Source: Chrysemys picta bellii (lineage: Eukaryota). Taken from it: a DNA stretch of 64,000 nt. Of this stretch, positions 46,101-59,169 are shown piece after piece. Position 1 is the stretch's first letter, and each line of letters starts with the position of its first letter. The stretch is taken from assembly GCF_011386835.1 (NCBI RefSeq), contig NC_088791.1:15376001-15440000 (forward strand), given 5' to 3'. Made by a program: the position numbers and the translations under genes. The notes below the pieces were generated by a model. The model was not told the DNA's origin, ran no database searches, and worked only from the letters and a program-made list of their open reading frames with translations.

Positions 46101-48320
46101 ACACTGGGCAAGTAAAGAATCTGTATTAAGGAGTTTTTTTGAACTCAGTGGCATAACTCAATGAGTTACTTTCATTACCCATTGATCTACGGAGCAAAGT
46201 ACCCACAGAGTAACAGCCTGTTCCAAAAGGATCCATCAGGAGGATGGAGACTGGAGTCATGCAGACTTAGAGGTAGTGTGCATTAGCAGATTTTAGAAGT
46301 TGTTCCTTGGCCGTGTAGCCCTCATTGCATTGCGATGGCCCCAGGAGATGTTATTTTCTCTTCTGCTAAGACTGTTTGAGGGGATGCAGAGGAGAAATCT
46401 CAGAAGGGTTGCTTGCCTCTACATGAGCATTTGTAGTCCTCCTCCTGGTGCCTTGATGAAAGGAGGGGCTTGAAACTATGAGGCATCTTCTGAAGCACTC
46501 CACATTCCTAAAGCTTCCAGCAGGTTAGCAGAGGCCATCCTGGCACAGATTGACTCACAAGAGGATTCTGCCAGAAAGGTTAAAGATCTCCAATCTGCTC
46601 TATGAACAATATTCCTGGCTTTGGTCTTCGGCATTTCAGTGGGTACCCTATGCTTTATGCCTAGCTTCATGGCAACTAACTTGATTGTGATCTCATTGTG
46701 CTCCTGGAACTTGGATGTTCACACTAAGTATTTAATGGCTTCATCTCAACACACATAGGCAAACCATTTAAACAAAAAAAAATCAAAACAAATATTGACA
46801 TTTTTCTGCCTCTTCATCCCCTCCCCTTCTTCTGAAGGAAGGGAGCTCTTTGGTTCTGAGTTTAAAGCCATGCAAGAAGAAACCAAGGGAACTCTGTTGC
46901 AGGTTTCCTCCTAGAAGTGCTGGGCAAAGTTAATACCTCTTTTGATATCTGACCACAGCCTGCCCATATAGGGTGTCTGGATTTTCCTGTACTGACAAAG
47001 ACTGACAGATGGAGAATTCCACTGAGCTTAATTAGTTCTCTGCTATTTTTGGATGACTGATACTGATGCAGTCTGTTGAAGGCTATATTTTTATGTTAAT
47101 TTTAAATGGTTTTTAGTTCATAACAATTAAAGGTGTAATTGTTGCTCAGTGCAAGAATGTAAGAAAGGATTTCTCTCCAATTTTAGTTGAGAAAAAAAAT
47201 AAAACAAACATTTTTTTTCCCCCAGACTCTAATGGGTGCTTACATGACCAGACTAGTTTTTCTAAGCATTGCTACATGGCATATAGTGATTTGACAAGTT
47301 TATGTAATAAATAAATAAATAAAAAGGGCTAAAGATCATGCAGGTAGCAGAATCAGACAGACAGACATTTGAGCAAGGTTAAATGTCTAGAGAATGCTGA
47401 GAGCCTGTAGAAAAATATTATTGCCTGAAGACAGTGATTAGAAAAACCAAAATGAACATCAGAGTGAAGAAAAATCAAAGGCTTGTGAAATTCATAAGAA
47501 CAAATGAGGCATCAGACTTACTCAGCTAAGGATAACAGGAGACAAATCTGCTAGATTTCTGAGGATTAGGATAAAGGTATTTTATATTTATTTTGTGAAA
47601 AAGGTGAGTAATATTTCCACTCACCCCAAACAAAAATATACCACACATACAGAGAGTTTCCCAGGCTATTAAGGCAGAAATAAAGGAAAATCGAAGTCTC
47701 CTCCCCACATCCAGCAATAAAACATAATTAGCTTTCTTTGCAGTGATTTTACCCAAGCAGCAGCACACCCCATGTTAAAAAATAGTTATTTTTTTTCACA
47801 TCAGTGGTACTTTGGCTACCCAAGGTAAGAGCAAAAGAAATTCTGAAAACAAACTATTATTGGCTCATCAAGGGCCACACCTTTTAACAAACAAGATATG
47901 CATTGTCTACTGTGGAGTATGACTTGCATTCCATTTCCAGAATTTCTCATGGTAGAGATACATGCCCTGCACCTCCATGGATCATCATTCCCCAGAGATA
48001 TTTACTCCTAAATACTCCCTTCCTCTGTGATATATCAAACACTCAAATACATGCATCTCTAGTGCACACCTCACTCCCTTAAAGAACGTGCCTGCTCCCT
48101 TCCCCTGGGAGACCTATGATTGGACACTTGTCCTATTTCACTATCATCAGTGAGAACTGGTATGAACCCAATCTTTCTTTCTGCTTTAAAGTGACACTCC
48201 AGGATGAGTGGGCAACAGCAAGGCCGGAACCAGGGACCTCTGGATGTAAAAGGAAGAGCTCCTACTGCCTGACCTAAAGAATCCAGCTTCTGCAGCACAA
48301 AGGCTGTCGCCCTATATAAT

Positions 48321-48538
48321 CAGTGGTTCTCAAACTTTTGTACTGGTGACCCCTTTCACATAGCAAGCCTCTGAGTGTGACACCCCCCTTATAAATTAAA
48401 AACACTTGTTTATATATTTAACACCATTATAAATGCTGGAGGCAAAGCGGGGTTGGGGTGGAGGTTGACAGCTCGTGACCCCCCATGTAATAATCTCACA
48501 ACCCCGAGGCGTCTCGACCCCCAGTTTAAGAACCCCTG
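48321..48538. mobile_element. hAT-like MITE (same family as 51416-51640)
   Basis: CAGTGGTTCTCAAAC ... GTTTAAGAACCCCTG ends; the internal sequence is nearly collinear with the 51416 copy. Confidence 0.8.
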
Positions 48539-49483
48539 CTGTATATGGACTAGCCCCTAGAAGGGGGTCAGAGCAGCACTGTATAAACGTGGGTTACACA
48601 TTGAAGAGAAGTATGATTTCTATCATGAGAAGAAACAGCATAGGAAGGTCTCCCTCAGTCTGACACCTCTCTTTCAGAAGAAGAAAATCAAATGGAAAGT
48701 GCTTTCACAGATTATTTTACTCCCACTGGAGCATACATCTTATTGGGAAACTTCACTTAGCCTCTTTCTCCTTTCAACAGGAATCTGAAAATGGGGAGAG
48801 AAGTCCTGTCTGGCCTGGTTCTTGCTTCCCTCCCTCATCTTGAAGTAAGAGAGAAGGAACACCAGTGTGTGCATATCTCCTCTATGCTATAAACTCAGGC
48901 ACATTCGGGGCGGGAGAGGTTAACAGGGTTCCCAAAGGGGAGGAATTGAGATCTCCAAAGCAGGGGCTCTCATACTTCTGTCAATGCTCGATGGCTTTGA
49001 CAGAGACACCTCTGTGTTGAAGAGCTGTACCTGGTCCAGCAGAACAAATACCATACTTAACAGGCTCCCTAACCTAGAAATCCTGGATGTGCTGGAATTA
49101 TTAGGTAAGGACGGACCCTACAATCCACTGCCTAGTTAGCTCACTCAACTGTCCCATCTCATTTGTTGATGGAGAACTAGAGTCCTCCAGCCCATCTCCC
49201 TGGTGCACCACGATGAGATGAGTTGTGGGGGAAAACAAGTCTCCATTCTCTACCAGTACCCAATCATCCCTTTTCCAGCAGGGCTTCCTCTGCCTCATCA
49301 GAGTCCCGGGGATGCCAGGGTGGTGAGACACATACCAAGGTGTTCTTATTCTCCAAACCTCCCTTCTCCATACTATTCCCTCTGATCATTCTCTCCCCTG
49401 ATCTCCACCTCAAACATCTCCAGCTACTTCTATATTCCTGTACACCTCAGGGGAAGTCAGGGTGGGTTATTGACTCTGCAATA

Positions 49484-49717
49484 TAGAACCATAGAATCGG
49501 AGAACTGGAAGAGACCTTGAGAGATCATCTAGTCCAGACCCCTGGACTCATGGCAGGACTAAGTTTTATCTAGACCATCCCAGGTTTGTCTAACCTGCTC
49601 TTAAACGTCTCCAATGATGGAGATTCCACAACCTCCCTGGGCAATTTATTCCAATGCTTAACTACCCTGACAGTTAGGAAGTTTTTCCTAATGTCGAACC
49701 TAAACTGCCCTTGTTGC
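49484..49717 (-). mobile_element. CR1 3' end fragment
   Basis: Reverse-orientation tail (TAGAACCATAGAATC...GATCATCTAGTCC) and C-terminal ORF2 sequence (GACAGTTAGGAAGTTTTTCCTAATGTC). Confidence 0.85.
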
Positions 49718-49779
49718 TTATCCTATTAATTGTCCTATTAAAACCCTAGGAAATTCTCATTAACAAAAACTTCATTAAG

Positions 49780-51910
49780 TTTCCCATCCCCCCAAAATAA
49801 ACCCTAAATAGCAAGGAAATGCCAAGTTAGGGGACATCTCTTAACACTCGTGCAGAATATTTCCACTGACAGTAAAAATTCTGCACTTCACAACAACTCT
49901 CTTCTGCTTCCAACAAATAAAGAAACACTAAAGAAACACTACATATTAATCTTCCTCACAGGATAATGTAAAAACCCATACTTCCCCCACAAATACATAA
50001 CACACCACACACTTGAATGAGGCACAGGTCCCGTGGAAAAAAACATGTGAGATCACATAACTAAAAACTGTATCATAATGCACAGGCAGGTGCAAAGGCC
50101 AAATTAATGTTGCACAGGCACCTTTATTCTGAAATTTCTTAAATTTTGATAGGCTGACTTTATAACTTAATAACGTTCTTTAACTTAGTTTTGTGTGCAT
50201 AATCCCTAGGTTTTTAAAAAAGAAAACTGAAAAAAATTCATCATGTGGTACCATGTGACACCACCTGGGTCACTAGCAGTATTGACCCTTATGATCCACC
50301 AACACAGACCACTACCACTTGAGTTAATGGAATAACTCACAGCAGTAGTCTGTTATCTTCTAAACTGACCAGCACTAGAAGGGGATGAAGAGATGCTTTT
50401 TCAGTGGGTTTCACAGATATTTGGTGACAGCAAAGGAATGGTGAGACTAAGGAATCATGGGTTCCATTTCAGGATCTGGAGAGGAGTGCATTCTAATGGT
50501 CCCAGACCTTTCTGCCCATCTCCCCCCTCCCTCTCTCCCTCCTAGTCCTACTCTCCTTGCCCAACCAATCCCAATTCTCACTCTGCAATCTGGCTCTTCA
50601 TCAGATCTGTCCTCCTTCCCCTTCACCTCCTTCCATTTGCCTCACTAGTTCCCAGTCCCAGTTTTCTTGCCCACCCAGTCCCATTCTCCCCGCAGCTCTC
50701 AGTCCCAGTCTCCTTGCCCAGCCAGCCCCAGCTGCCCAGTCCCAGTCTCCCGCCCCTCACCCCACAAGCTCCTTGTCACAAGCTACTCCCCCTCAAGTCT
50801 GGCTCTTATCCCCTCTGCATTTGAGTCAGGCAGCTTCTTTCTCCAAGCTGCTTGGGTGACAGCAGGAGGAACACAGGAGAGAGATGCTCCCACCTTCTAA
50901 TGCCCAGAACCAGCCCATACTGGGGTAGTAGCACTGCGTGTTATTAAGGCAGCCCAACCCTTTCCATGATAAGCAACAGAAAGTAAAGTCTTATAACTTT
51001 ACCAAACTTCACCATTTGGGCTGAAATTCTCCATGTTGTGGAAAATTTCAGCCAAAACAGTTCAGTTTCTGAGACCAAATGCAGGGAAAAATACATTTTG
51101 CAATGTTAAAAAAAAAAATTCGGGTGACCTTTTCTTTGGAAAGCTCTAGCTTTCAGACCGCATTTGTGCCATTGTTGCAGAGCAACTGAGCCTGCCCCAT
51201 CCCAGGGCTAGGGGTGCAAAGCTGGATGACTTTCCCGTAATTGCAGCTGCCAGCTGCTCTGGGCTGTGGTGGGGTTGGCACTGGAACTGAGGTGGGGAGC
51301 CTTTTTCTCCTGTGCTCACAATGACCACTCCTGCTGGCATCCTGGCGATGCGGCACAAGAAGTCACCTGACTCAAATGCAGAGGGGACAACCACCAGACT
51401 GCATGGGAGAAATACCAGTGGTTCTCAAACTTTTGTACTGTGACCCCTTTCACATAGCAAGCCTCTGAGTGCGACCCCCGCCCCATATAAATTAAAAACA
51501 CTTTTTTATATATTTCACACCATTATAAATTCTGGAGGCAAAGCAGGGTTTGGGGTGGAGGCTGACAGATTGCGACCCCCCCCCATGTAATAACCTCATG
51601 ACCCCCTGAGGGGTCCCGACCCCCAGTTTCAGAACCCCTGAAGTAGACTGAACAAATAGGTGGGAGGGGAAAACTGCATGAGGAAATTAGTAATTCTGTT
51701 TTTGGACACTGTTGAATAGTTTGCACTAAATAAAGTCTAGGGCCACACAATGAACAAGGATAAAAAATGAGTGAACATGTAATTAAAGACTGTATCCACA
51801 ATGCATATGCAGAAGGAGGCCAAATTAATGTTGTCCGAGCAACCTTAATTCTGGCATTTCCTAACTTTTGAGTGCTTGACTTTGCAACCTTAATATTCTT
51901 TTAACATATG
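49780..51910. repeat. Cluster of fragments of one unclassified interspersed repeat (further pieces at ~48080-48300 and ~56715-57450)
   Basis: Recurrent motifs GGCCAAATTAATGTTG, TCCTAACTTTTGAGTGCTTGACTTTGCAACC and GACCAGCACTAGAAGGGGATG in both orientations. Confidence 0.5.
51416..51640. mobile_element. hAT-like MITE
   Basis: CAGTGGTTCTCAAAC ... GTTTCAGAACCCCTG; paralogous to 48321-48538. Confidence 0.8.
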
Positions 51911-52577
51911 TTTGTGTTATAATAAAATTGTATTATTTATAGCTATAGAGAGCTGTAAATAATCACAAGATAATTTGATATTTTTTAAGATGGAGTGCTC
52001 CATTACGCAGTTCATACATAGCTCTGAAAATAAAAAGGAGGAGGTAAATCAGTTCAAGATCTAGAAAGGATGACTAGCTAGAAGGAATTCAAAGGGTATA
52101 TTTGAATAAAAGGAGGATGTTTTGTTCTTGTTATATTTCAGGGGAATAGCAGTTCTGTGCAGTGGCTAATCTATAAAACAATATAGAACCTTGGACTGAA
52201 ATTTGTTGGCTTGAAAAGTAAGCATCCTCTGATTTTTATCTTCTTGCTTGTAAACATCTCTATTTTAAAAGTTCAACTTAATAAAGTTAATTACACAGTT
52301 ACCTGAACCTAGGAAGTTTAAGTGTGTTGCATATAAATACAATTAAGTGCTAACCACTTTTTTTAAATGTAGCAGGCTCAGGATTCAAGGTGGCAGTTTT
52401 GTTTTATAAACCTAAAAGTCATTCAAATGCAATAACCACTTTGTAGTGATGAGGAAACCATGTATTCATGGATGTTAATGGCAGGCAATTAACACTTTAC
52501 AAGTGGGCAACTATATACTTAATTTGTTCAAAAAGTTCTTAAGGTACAGATCAGTATGTGTGGTGGACGTTTCTTAC

Positions 52578-52730
52578 CAGCTGCTGGTAGATCCAACTTT
52601 GCTCGTTTCAGTTCAGACATCGAATTTTGGAGCTGCTCTATTACAAAGTCATCTTCTAAGAAGAAATCCTTGGCTAGAGTCTCCTGAAGGAATTCTACAA
52701 GTTCTTCCATTTGTAATTTCAGCAGATGTT
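52578..52730 (-). CDS. USP6NL: USP6NL penultimate constitutive coding exon (end of the TBC-domain region), 153 nt
   Basis: Acceptor CCAATCTAG|AACAT, donor GCTG|GTAAGA, phase 1 to 1. Encodes (K)[50 protein letters not shown](G). Confidence 0.97.
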
Positions 52731-53382
52731 CTAGATTGGAACAAGAACATTATTGTGGACAAATACGTTTTTATGATAAAAATTCAAAGAAAAAGTCTAC
52801 TAGAGAGGTGAAATGCCTTTACGGATTCTTTAACAATTTTGCAGATGGAATGAAACACATCTAAACTAATTAAACAACAACAACAAAATCACAGGCAGTT
52901 ATTTTATACTAGACATTTACTAAGCATGCTAAAAAATACACTCACACATTACCCCTCTAAATATTTTCTCTCTTTTTCATACCCATATATTTCTCTCTAG
53001 GTCAATGTTTGAAACTTTAAAGCTGAGTCCCTCTTCAGAAAAATGAAACTAGTCACACACCCCTAAAAGTCCGATATGAGACATTAAAATCTACAGATTT
53101 TTTTTTTCAATGTATATATCTTCCATCCCCTGCCCACCTTGGGAAATGGTTCATAATGTACTTATCCTCCTTTCAAAATGCTTTGAAGAGCAGTGAAAAT
53201 TTAAGACATTTAAGGTGCCCTCATTTGCAAATGAGTCAGTACTCATTGAAATGACTGTGGCAGTTTAGAGCAAGAGAGATTGTTTCAGGCTCTCTGCAGA
53301 TTCAGATATGTATTGCTGCATCAGTTACATCCAGGTCACATTCTGAAGGTTTATTCTGCAGTCATAACAGCTAAAACACCAA

Positions 53383-53385
<3 letters not shown>

Positions 53386-53412
<27 letters not shown>
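53386..53412. repeat. (TA)n microsatellite
   Basis: Direct reading. Confidence 0.9.
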
Positions 53413-53416
<4 letters not shown>

Positions 53417-53809
53417 CGCCAGTTCTACGCTTAAAAAAGTTTTACCAGCACAGCTATGTTAGGTAAGGGGGATGATTTTTTTTTTTTACGACGTTAGTTA
53501 TACCAGCAAAAGACCTTCTTTAGAAGCAGTTATACTAGCAAAAAATGATTTTTTTCTGGTATAGCTTATTTTGCTCACTGAATCAGAATATGCTGTACCA
53601 GCAGAAACACTTTTTGGATAGTATAAATGAGTCTACCCTAGGAGGGTTTTGCCTGAGTAGCTATAAAAACAAAACTTTTAAGCACAGACAAGACTGAAAA
53701 GCTGAGTCTCTGGAGAACAAATCAGAGGTTTGACCATGATGCCTCTTCTCTGCCTCCCAATGTGGTCCACTCCTTCCCCCGACTTTCCCTTCAGGAAACA
53801 CGGCTCAAA

Positions 53810-54105
53810 GGGTATGTCTACACAGCAACAAGACACCCATGGCTGGCCCATACCAGCCGACTCAGGCTCGCGAGGCTCAGGCATGCGGGGCTGTTTCATT
53901 GCTGTGTAGACTTCTGGGCTCGCCCAGGCTGGAGACTGGACACTAGGAGCCTGTGAGGTAGGAGGGTCCCAGAGCTTGGGCTCACATCTGAGCCTGAAAG
54001 TCTACACAGCAATGAAACACCTTCACAGCTGGAGTCCAATGACCCGGAGCCAGCTAGCATGGGCCAGACACAGGGTTTTTTTTTTTTTGCTGTCTAGATA
54101 TACTC
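53810..54105. mobile_element. Non-autonomous Harbinger-type MITE
   Basis: Ends GGGTATGTCTACACAGC / GCTGTCTAGATATACTC; internal inverted copies of TCATTGCTGTGTAGAC / GTCTACACAGCAATGA. Confidence 0.75.
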
Positions 54106-54458
54106 CAAGCGTCTTTGATATTTTTATGTAGTGAGGTGCTAATACTGAACATGTTTAAAAAGCCAGTGTTAAGGTAAAAAACCTCCAAATTATCACTATT
54201 GCTTCTCAGAGGCTTGAGACTGAACACTCTTCACTTCAAACAAACAAAATCAAACCAAAAAAAGAGGGGGTGGGACAAGAATTACATTGGTTTTAAGTTT
54301 GCAAATAAAGAGGAAGACTCAAATCTGATTCCTACCATTACTTGTTCTTTAGATTCTTGAACATTTTAAGAAGTGTAACAATTATAAACATTCTTCATCT
54401 TCAAAACATTTTATGAACTAATAAGCAGCTCCAGAGAGCGAGCGAGCGAGAGAGAGAG

Positions 54459-54636
54459 ATATACCTATCTCATAGAACTGGAAGGGCCCCTGACGGGTCA
54501 TAGAGTCCAGCCCCCTGCCTTCACTAGCATGACCAAGTACTGATTTTGCCCCAGATCCCTAAGTGGCCCCCTCAAGGATTGAACTCAACCCTGGGTTTAG
54601 CAAGCCAATGCTCAAACCACTGAGCTATCCCTCCCC
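54459..54636 (-). mobile_element. Tortoise polIII/SINE (tRNA-derived head plus CR1-like tail)
   Basis: Minus strand GGGAGGGATAGCTCAGTGGTTTGAGCATTGGC...GTTCAATCC (A and B boxes), then CCCTTCCAGTTCTATGAGATAGG tail. Confidence 0.88.
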
Positions 54637-54810
54637 CCGATGCAGCATCTCCATAGTTAAATGGGGTAAATTACCTAGCGAGATTAAGATATTAATTCTG
54701 CAAACTCCTCCACATGGACTGCTGCACTCCCATGGAGTCATAGACACTTCTTTGATGGGCCCATATGACTTATTCAAGGACACAGAAGACAGCACTGAAA
54801 CCACGACTAG

Positions 54811-54972
54811 GGGTAAAATTTTCAGAAGCATCTAAGTGACTTAGGAGCCTAAGACCCACTTTCAAAAGTGACATATGCACTTAGGAGCCTAAGTCTGATT
54901 TAAAGTCAATGTGGCGTGGGCTCCTAAGTCACCTCAGAAAATGGGACATGGGTGCTTTTGAAAATTTTACCC
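54811..54972. mobile_element. Palindromic MITE
   Basis: TIR GGGTAAAATTTTCAGAAGC / GCTTTTGAAAATTTTACCC (18 of 19 match); internal CTTAGGAGCCTAAG repeats. Confidence 0.65.
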
Positions 54973-55751
54973 TGGCAGTATGATGTTCAGGCTCTTAAAT
55001 CATATGCTCAGATCATTAGACCAACTCTCTCTCAAAAAAAGCTGCAATACATACAATCCTTGATTTGTTTGCTTTTAGATTTCAGAACTCCAATTCAGGT
55101 GTTGGCTCCCCTGCTTCCAGTACATTCTAATAAAAACCTACAGCAACCTTATTACTTTTAGGTGTAGGTGATTATCAGTATTTAAAGAGTTTACTCATCA
55201 CAATTTAAAGCTTTAACTCATGTCTGTATTTCTTCTTACTGCAAAATATATGTGAAACAAATGCTAATAGGAGTACAATTTCAAACCATGCCTGTGGACT
55301 GTAATAAACTTATTGCACTTTGGTAAGGTATTATGGTAATGTCCAGAAGCCCCAGTCAGGATCAGGTCTCCATTGTGCAGAGCACTACACAGATACAGAA
55401 ATGGTACATTTCTCTAGGTATGGATGTCCATCTAAATAATCTAACAGTTACCACCATGTAGTAAACCTAGGTATTTTGTTTTATATAGCACCTTTTGCCA
55501 ACAATCTCAATCCACTTGAGGACAATAATTTATCCGTTTAACATACGATAAAACTGCAGCTCTATGAAAGTAGTATCTTGTCAAAGGTCAGAAAGCAATT
55601 CAGTGGGAAGTGGGGTCCGAATCCAGATTTCCTAATCTGAGATCCTCCTGCTCTAATAATTGGATAACACTTGTTTTTACTAGAAGCAAAACAGTTCTAA
55701 AATGCTTCTGTAGATTTTGAAATAAAGACTCTGAAGGTGAACTTAGCCTAA

Positions 55752-55980
55752 GGGCAGGTCTACACTAAACATTTACATTGGCTCCGCTGTAGTGTATCTG
55801 GTGAAGACGCTTTAAGATGACGGGAGAGAGATCTTCATTCGGCTTAATAACTACATCTCTGTGGGAGAGCCTCTCCTGCTGACATAGCGCTGTCTACACT
55901 GGGGCTTAGGTCGGTATAATTATAACACACCCCTGAGAAACGTAGTTACACCCAAGTAATTTTGTAGTGTGGATTAGGGC
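55752..55980. mobile_element. Non-autonomous Harbinger-type MITE
   Basis: Ends GGGCAGGTCTACACTA / TAGTGTGGATTAGGGC; TAA TSD at 55749-55751 and 55981-55983. Confidence 0.75.
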
Positions 55981-56034
55981 TAAATCTTTCAAAACCGTTA
56001 ACTTTTCCTTCCAAAAGCAAAGTGATCTTTAAAT

Positions 56035-56470
56035 TAGAGAGACAAGGTGGGTAAGGTAATATCTTTTATTGGTGAGAAAGACAAGCTTTCGCGCTCACAC
56101 AGAACTCTTCTTCAGGTCTGGGAAACTAACACAGAATATCACTGCTAAATATAAGGAGAAACAGACTGTTTAGCATAAGTAGTTACATATTTCAATGGAC
56201 CACTCAAGGTGAAGTGGCCCGTTAACACCCCTTCAATCAGCGGGAGGAAAGAAAGGGAGGTGAGGGGGAAAAAGCAGCTGGGGTGGGGTTTGCTAGTGGG
56301 TTACAGATTGTTGTAATAATCCATAAATCCAGTGTCTCTATTCAGTCCATGATCTTTAGTGTCTAGCAAAGTCTCTCTCACCAACAGAAGTTGGTCCAAT
56401 AAAAGATATTACCTCTCCCACCATGTCTCTCTAATATCCTGGACCAACACGACTACAACTACACTGCATA
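56035..56470. mobile_element. Penelope-like 3' end with an inverted terminal repeat pair
   Basis: Minus-strand copy (TTAGAGAGACAAGGTGGG...) and plus-strand copy (CTCTCTCACCAACAGAAGTTGGTCCAATAAAAGATATTACC) of the same repeat seen at 18480-18569. Confidence 0.75.
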
Positions 56471-58730
56471 CTTGAAAATAAATGAAGTTTAAAAAATGAG
56501 TCAGCAATGTTTTCAAAGGAAGTATAGCTTGCATATAATGCTGTAAAATATATTGGTGTCTTACTGTGGAGATTTGTCCAAAGCCATGTTCTGGCTGTAC
56601 CTTTTTGATATCACACTCAGCATCGTATGGTTAGGACCTCATAAATGAAAATCAAAAGAAATACCTATGGTATTACATATACACACAAAGTACATAAGAA
56701 TTACTTAAAAGAACATGAAGGCTGCAAAGTCAAGCACTCAAAAGTTAGGACAGATGGTGCTTAATTAATGAGCAGTGATTTAATATTTTATTTTAGCTCA
56801 CAGTTCAATGTGTGGCCCCCGTGCCTTATTTACTGCACAATATTTTAACCCTGCGCTTAAGACAATTAATTTCATCATCGGCTTTTCTATGGCACTCATC
56901 ACTAATATCTGAGAGCTTCACAAATATGAATATATATTTCACAATACCCTTCTGATGAGGAACTAATGAGGCCAAGAGAGATAAGGTCAAAAGTCTGCTG
57001 GTTTTGGGTGCTCAGTTTGAGATACCTAGGACCTGATTAATTGTACTTTATATGTTCAAAGCAGAGCTCCCACTGACTTCAGTTGCAACTGTAAGTAGTC
57101 AGCAATTCTGTAAATCAGACCACAGGATCTTAAGTCAGACATCCAGAAAATGAGGACACAATTGCAATCTTAATAGTGTTCTTTTTAAGGTAGTTGTATT
57201 TGTGTAATTTTCCTAGTTTTTAAAAAAAAAAACTGAAAATAACCCTAATTTAATCATGCGGCATCATATTGACATCCATATAGCTCATATGCAGGGTTTG
57301 AACCTGTAAATCCACCACACATCTCTGCTACTTGAGCTAATGGAGTAACAAAGTAGTAGTAGGCTGTTATCCTCTGTGTGGACCAGCACTAGAAAAGGAT
57401 GGGACACTTTAACACAGGGTTTCAAAGATATTTGTTGACATCATAGGAATTCCACCTGTGACGCATCAAGGCATGTATCTATGCCATGCCAAGAGACCTA
57501 GACCATTGTAGTATCAGAAGTAACTCAATCACCACCCTTATTCTACAGCTAATTTACATGCAATGATTTCATTGGTTGTATGACGGAGACTGCACAAATG
57601 GTGGATTATCAGGCCCAACTGCCACATCCATGCAACCACAAAGGCTTTCAGATACTAATAAGATTAATAAACCACTTTCTAATAACTATAGGACACTGCA
57701 GGGTGTTACCTAATAGGCTTTTAGTGTACTTCCCTAGTGGCTGAAAGTACCATGTCTTTGGCGGCGTGTCTCTCAGTGCACCAACAGCACAGTAATGAAC
57801 AACCTGTTGTAGATTATTGTCATATTAGCCTGTAATGAGTAACTGCACACAGCTAGGAAACTACCACATTGGTTTGCTTTAGGAAGGCAACTGGGGATGA
57901 ATGGGAGAGAATCTGTTTCAGCTATGAATTTTGTCTAAAACTACATTTCACACAATTGTTTTCTGCTGCTTACAATAAGGGGAGTTTAATACCTTGTATA
58001 ACAGCCAGAAAGACAGAAAGACTGCCTATGTACCAGGTTTTTATGTAGCCAATGGCACTGAGTATACAAGCAAAGAAACAGAGTTAAAGAAAAATTATAC
58101 AGGTGATTATTTTAGTAGCTGGTAAGGAAAAGAGAAGCAGTATCCACCACAGAACAGCCTTAAATATAGATGGTCCACCAAAGAGTAGAATTAGGCTTAG
58201 ATGCAGCATGTCATCCCCCATGCCAGCTAAAGGAAAAAGCTTCTGGAAAATTGTAGCAGGGAAAAGCAAAGAACAGGAAAGGGCCAAACTTGAGACTATT
58301 AACCCTCTTTTGATCTAGCAAACACTACATTAAAGAATTACCAGAACCAAGTAACTACAATGCTTATTCCCACAATTTTCTAGAGGCTGTGTCATTTACT
58401 GAGTAAACACAATTTAAATCCCTTTTTACTATTGTTCAATTGCATAATAATGAGTAATTTACTCTACCAAATAAGATATTTCTTCTCCTGAGAGTCACTT
58501 TAGATTTCCTGGCACAATTACCCACGATTTCAGATAATTAGCTTTTCAAGTCCTGCCATGCAATTGGACAATATTCTTTGTCAGTTCCTTGCAGAACAGT
58601 AATTCCAGCATCAGCTATATAGCATGAGCTAGAAGGTTGCTAATTTAAGGGCATCACAGTCACGCTGTGCTGTGATGAAAGATCACACAGTCACAAAGGA
58701 GAGATGAAAACAGGAGAAAAAAAAACATTT

Positions 58731-58731
58731 G

Positions 58732-58769
<38 letters not shown>

Positions 58770-58775
58770 TATATA
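58731..58775. repeat. (TA)n microsatellite
   Basis: Direct reading. Confidence 0.9.
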
Positions 58776-58887
58776 TTTTTTACAATAAAAGCCAAATAGA
58801 GGAAATGGCTATTTTAAAAAAACGATAGACTACTTAAAAACTAGTTGAATCTTTGTTTAGCTTTTAAGTTTATGAGAGATCTCTTAC

Positions 58888-58987
58888 TTCTATGTAGTTT
58901 CAGAATTGTGTAAGACATAGCAGTGAGAACTCGCTCTCCTTCAAGTATGTAGATATCCCATATCCTGAGAGTTAATGTAAAGGGAGT
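58888..58987 (-). CDS. USP6NL: USP6NL coding exon, TBC domain, 100 nt
   Basis: Acceptor CATTACAG|ACT, donor AGAA|GTAAGA, phase 0 to 1. Encodes [33 protein letters not shown]. Confidence 0.97.
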
Positions 58988-59043
58988 CTGTAATGACAGA
59001 ATCAGCCAGAAATGTCAAAATAGCTTGCCCCAACATATGACTA

Positions 59044-59169
<126 letters not shown>

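Noticed and set aside
45800-46760. Possible old LINE (L2-like) body
   Set aside because: Too degenerate to support a call or boundaries by eye.
54590-54636. tRNA-like sequences here and at 60472-60540 and ~18840-19210
   Set aside because: They are SINE heads followed by CR1-type or other repeat tails, with no complete cloverleaf; not tRNA genes.
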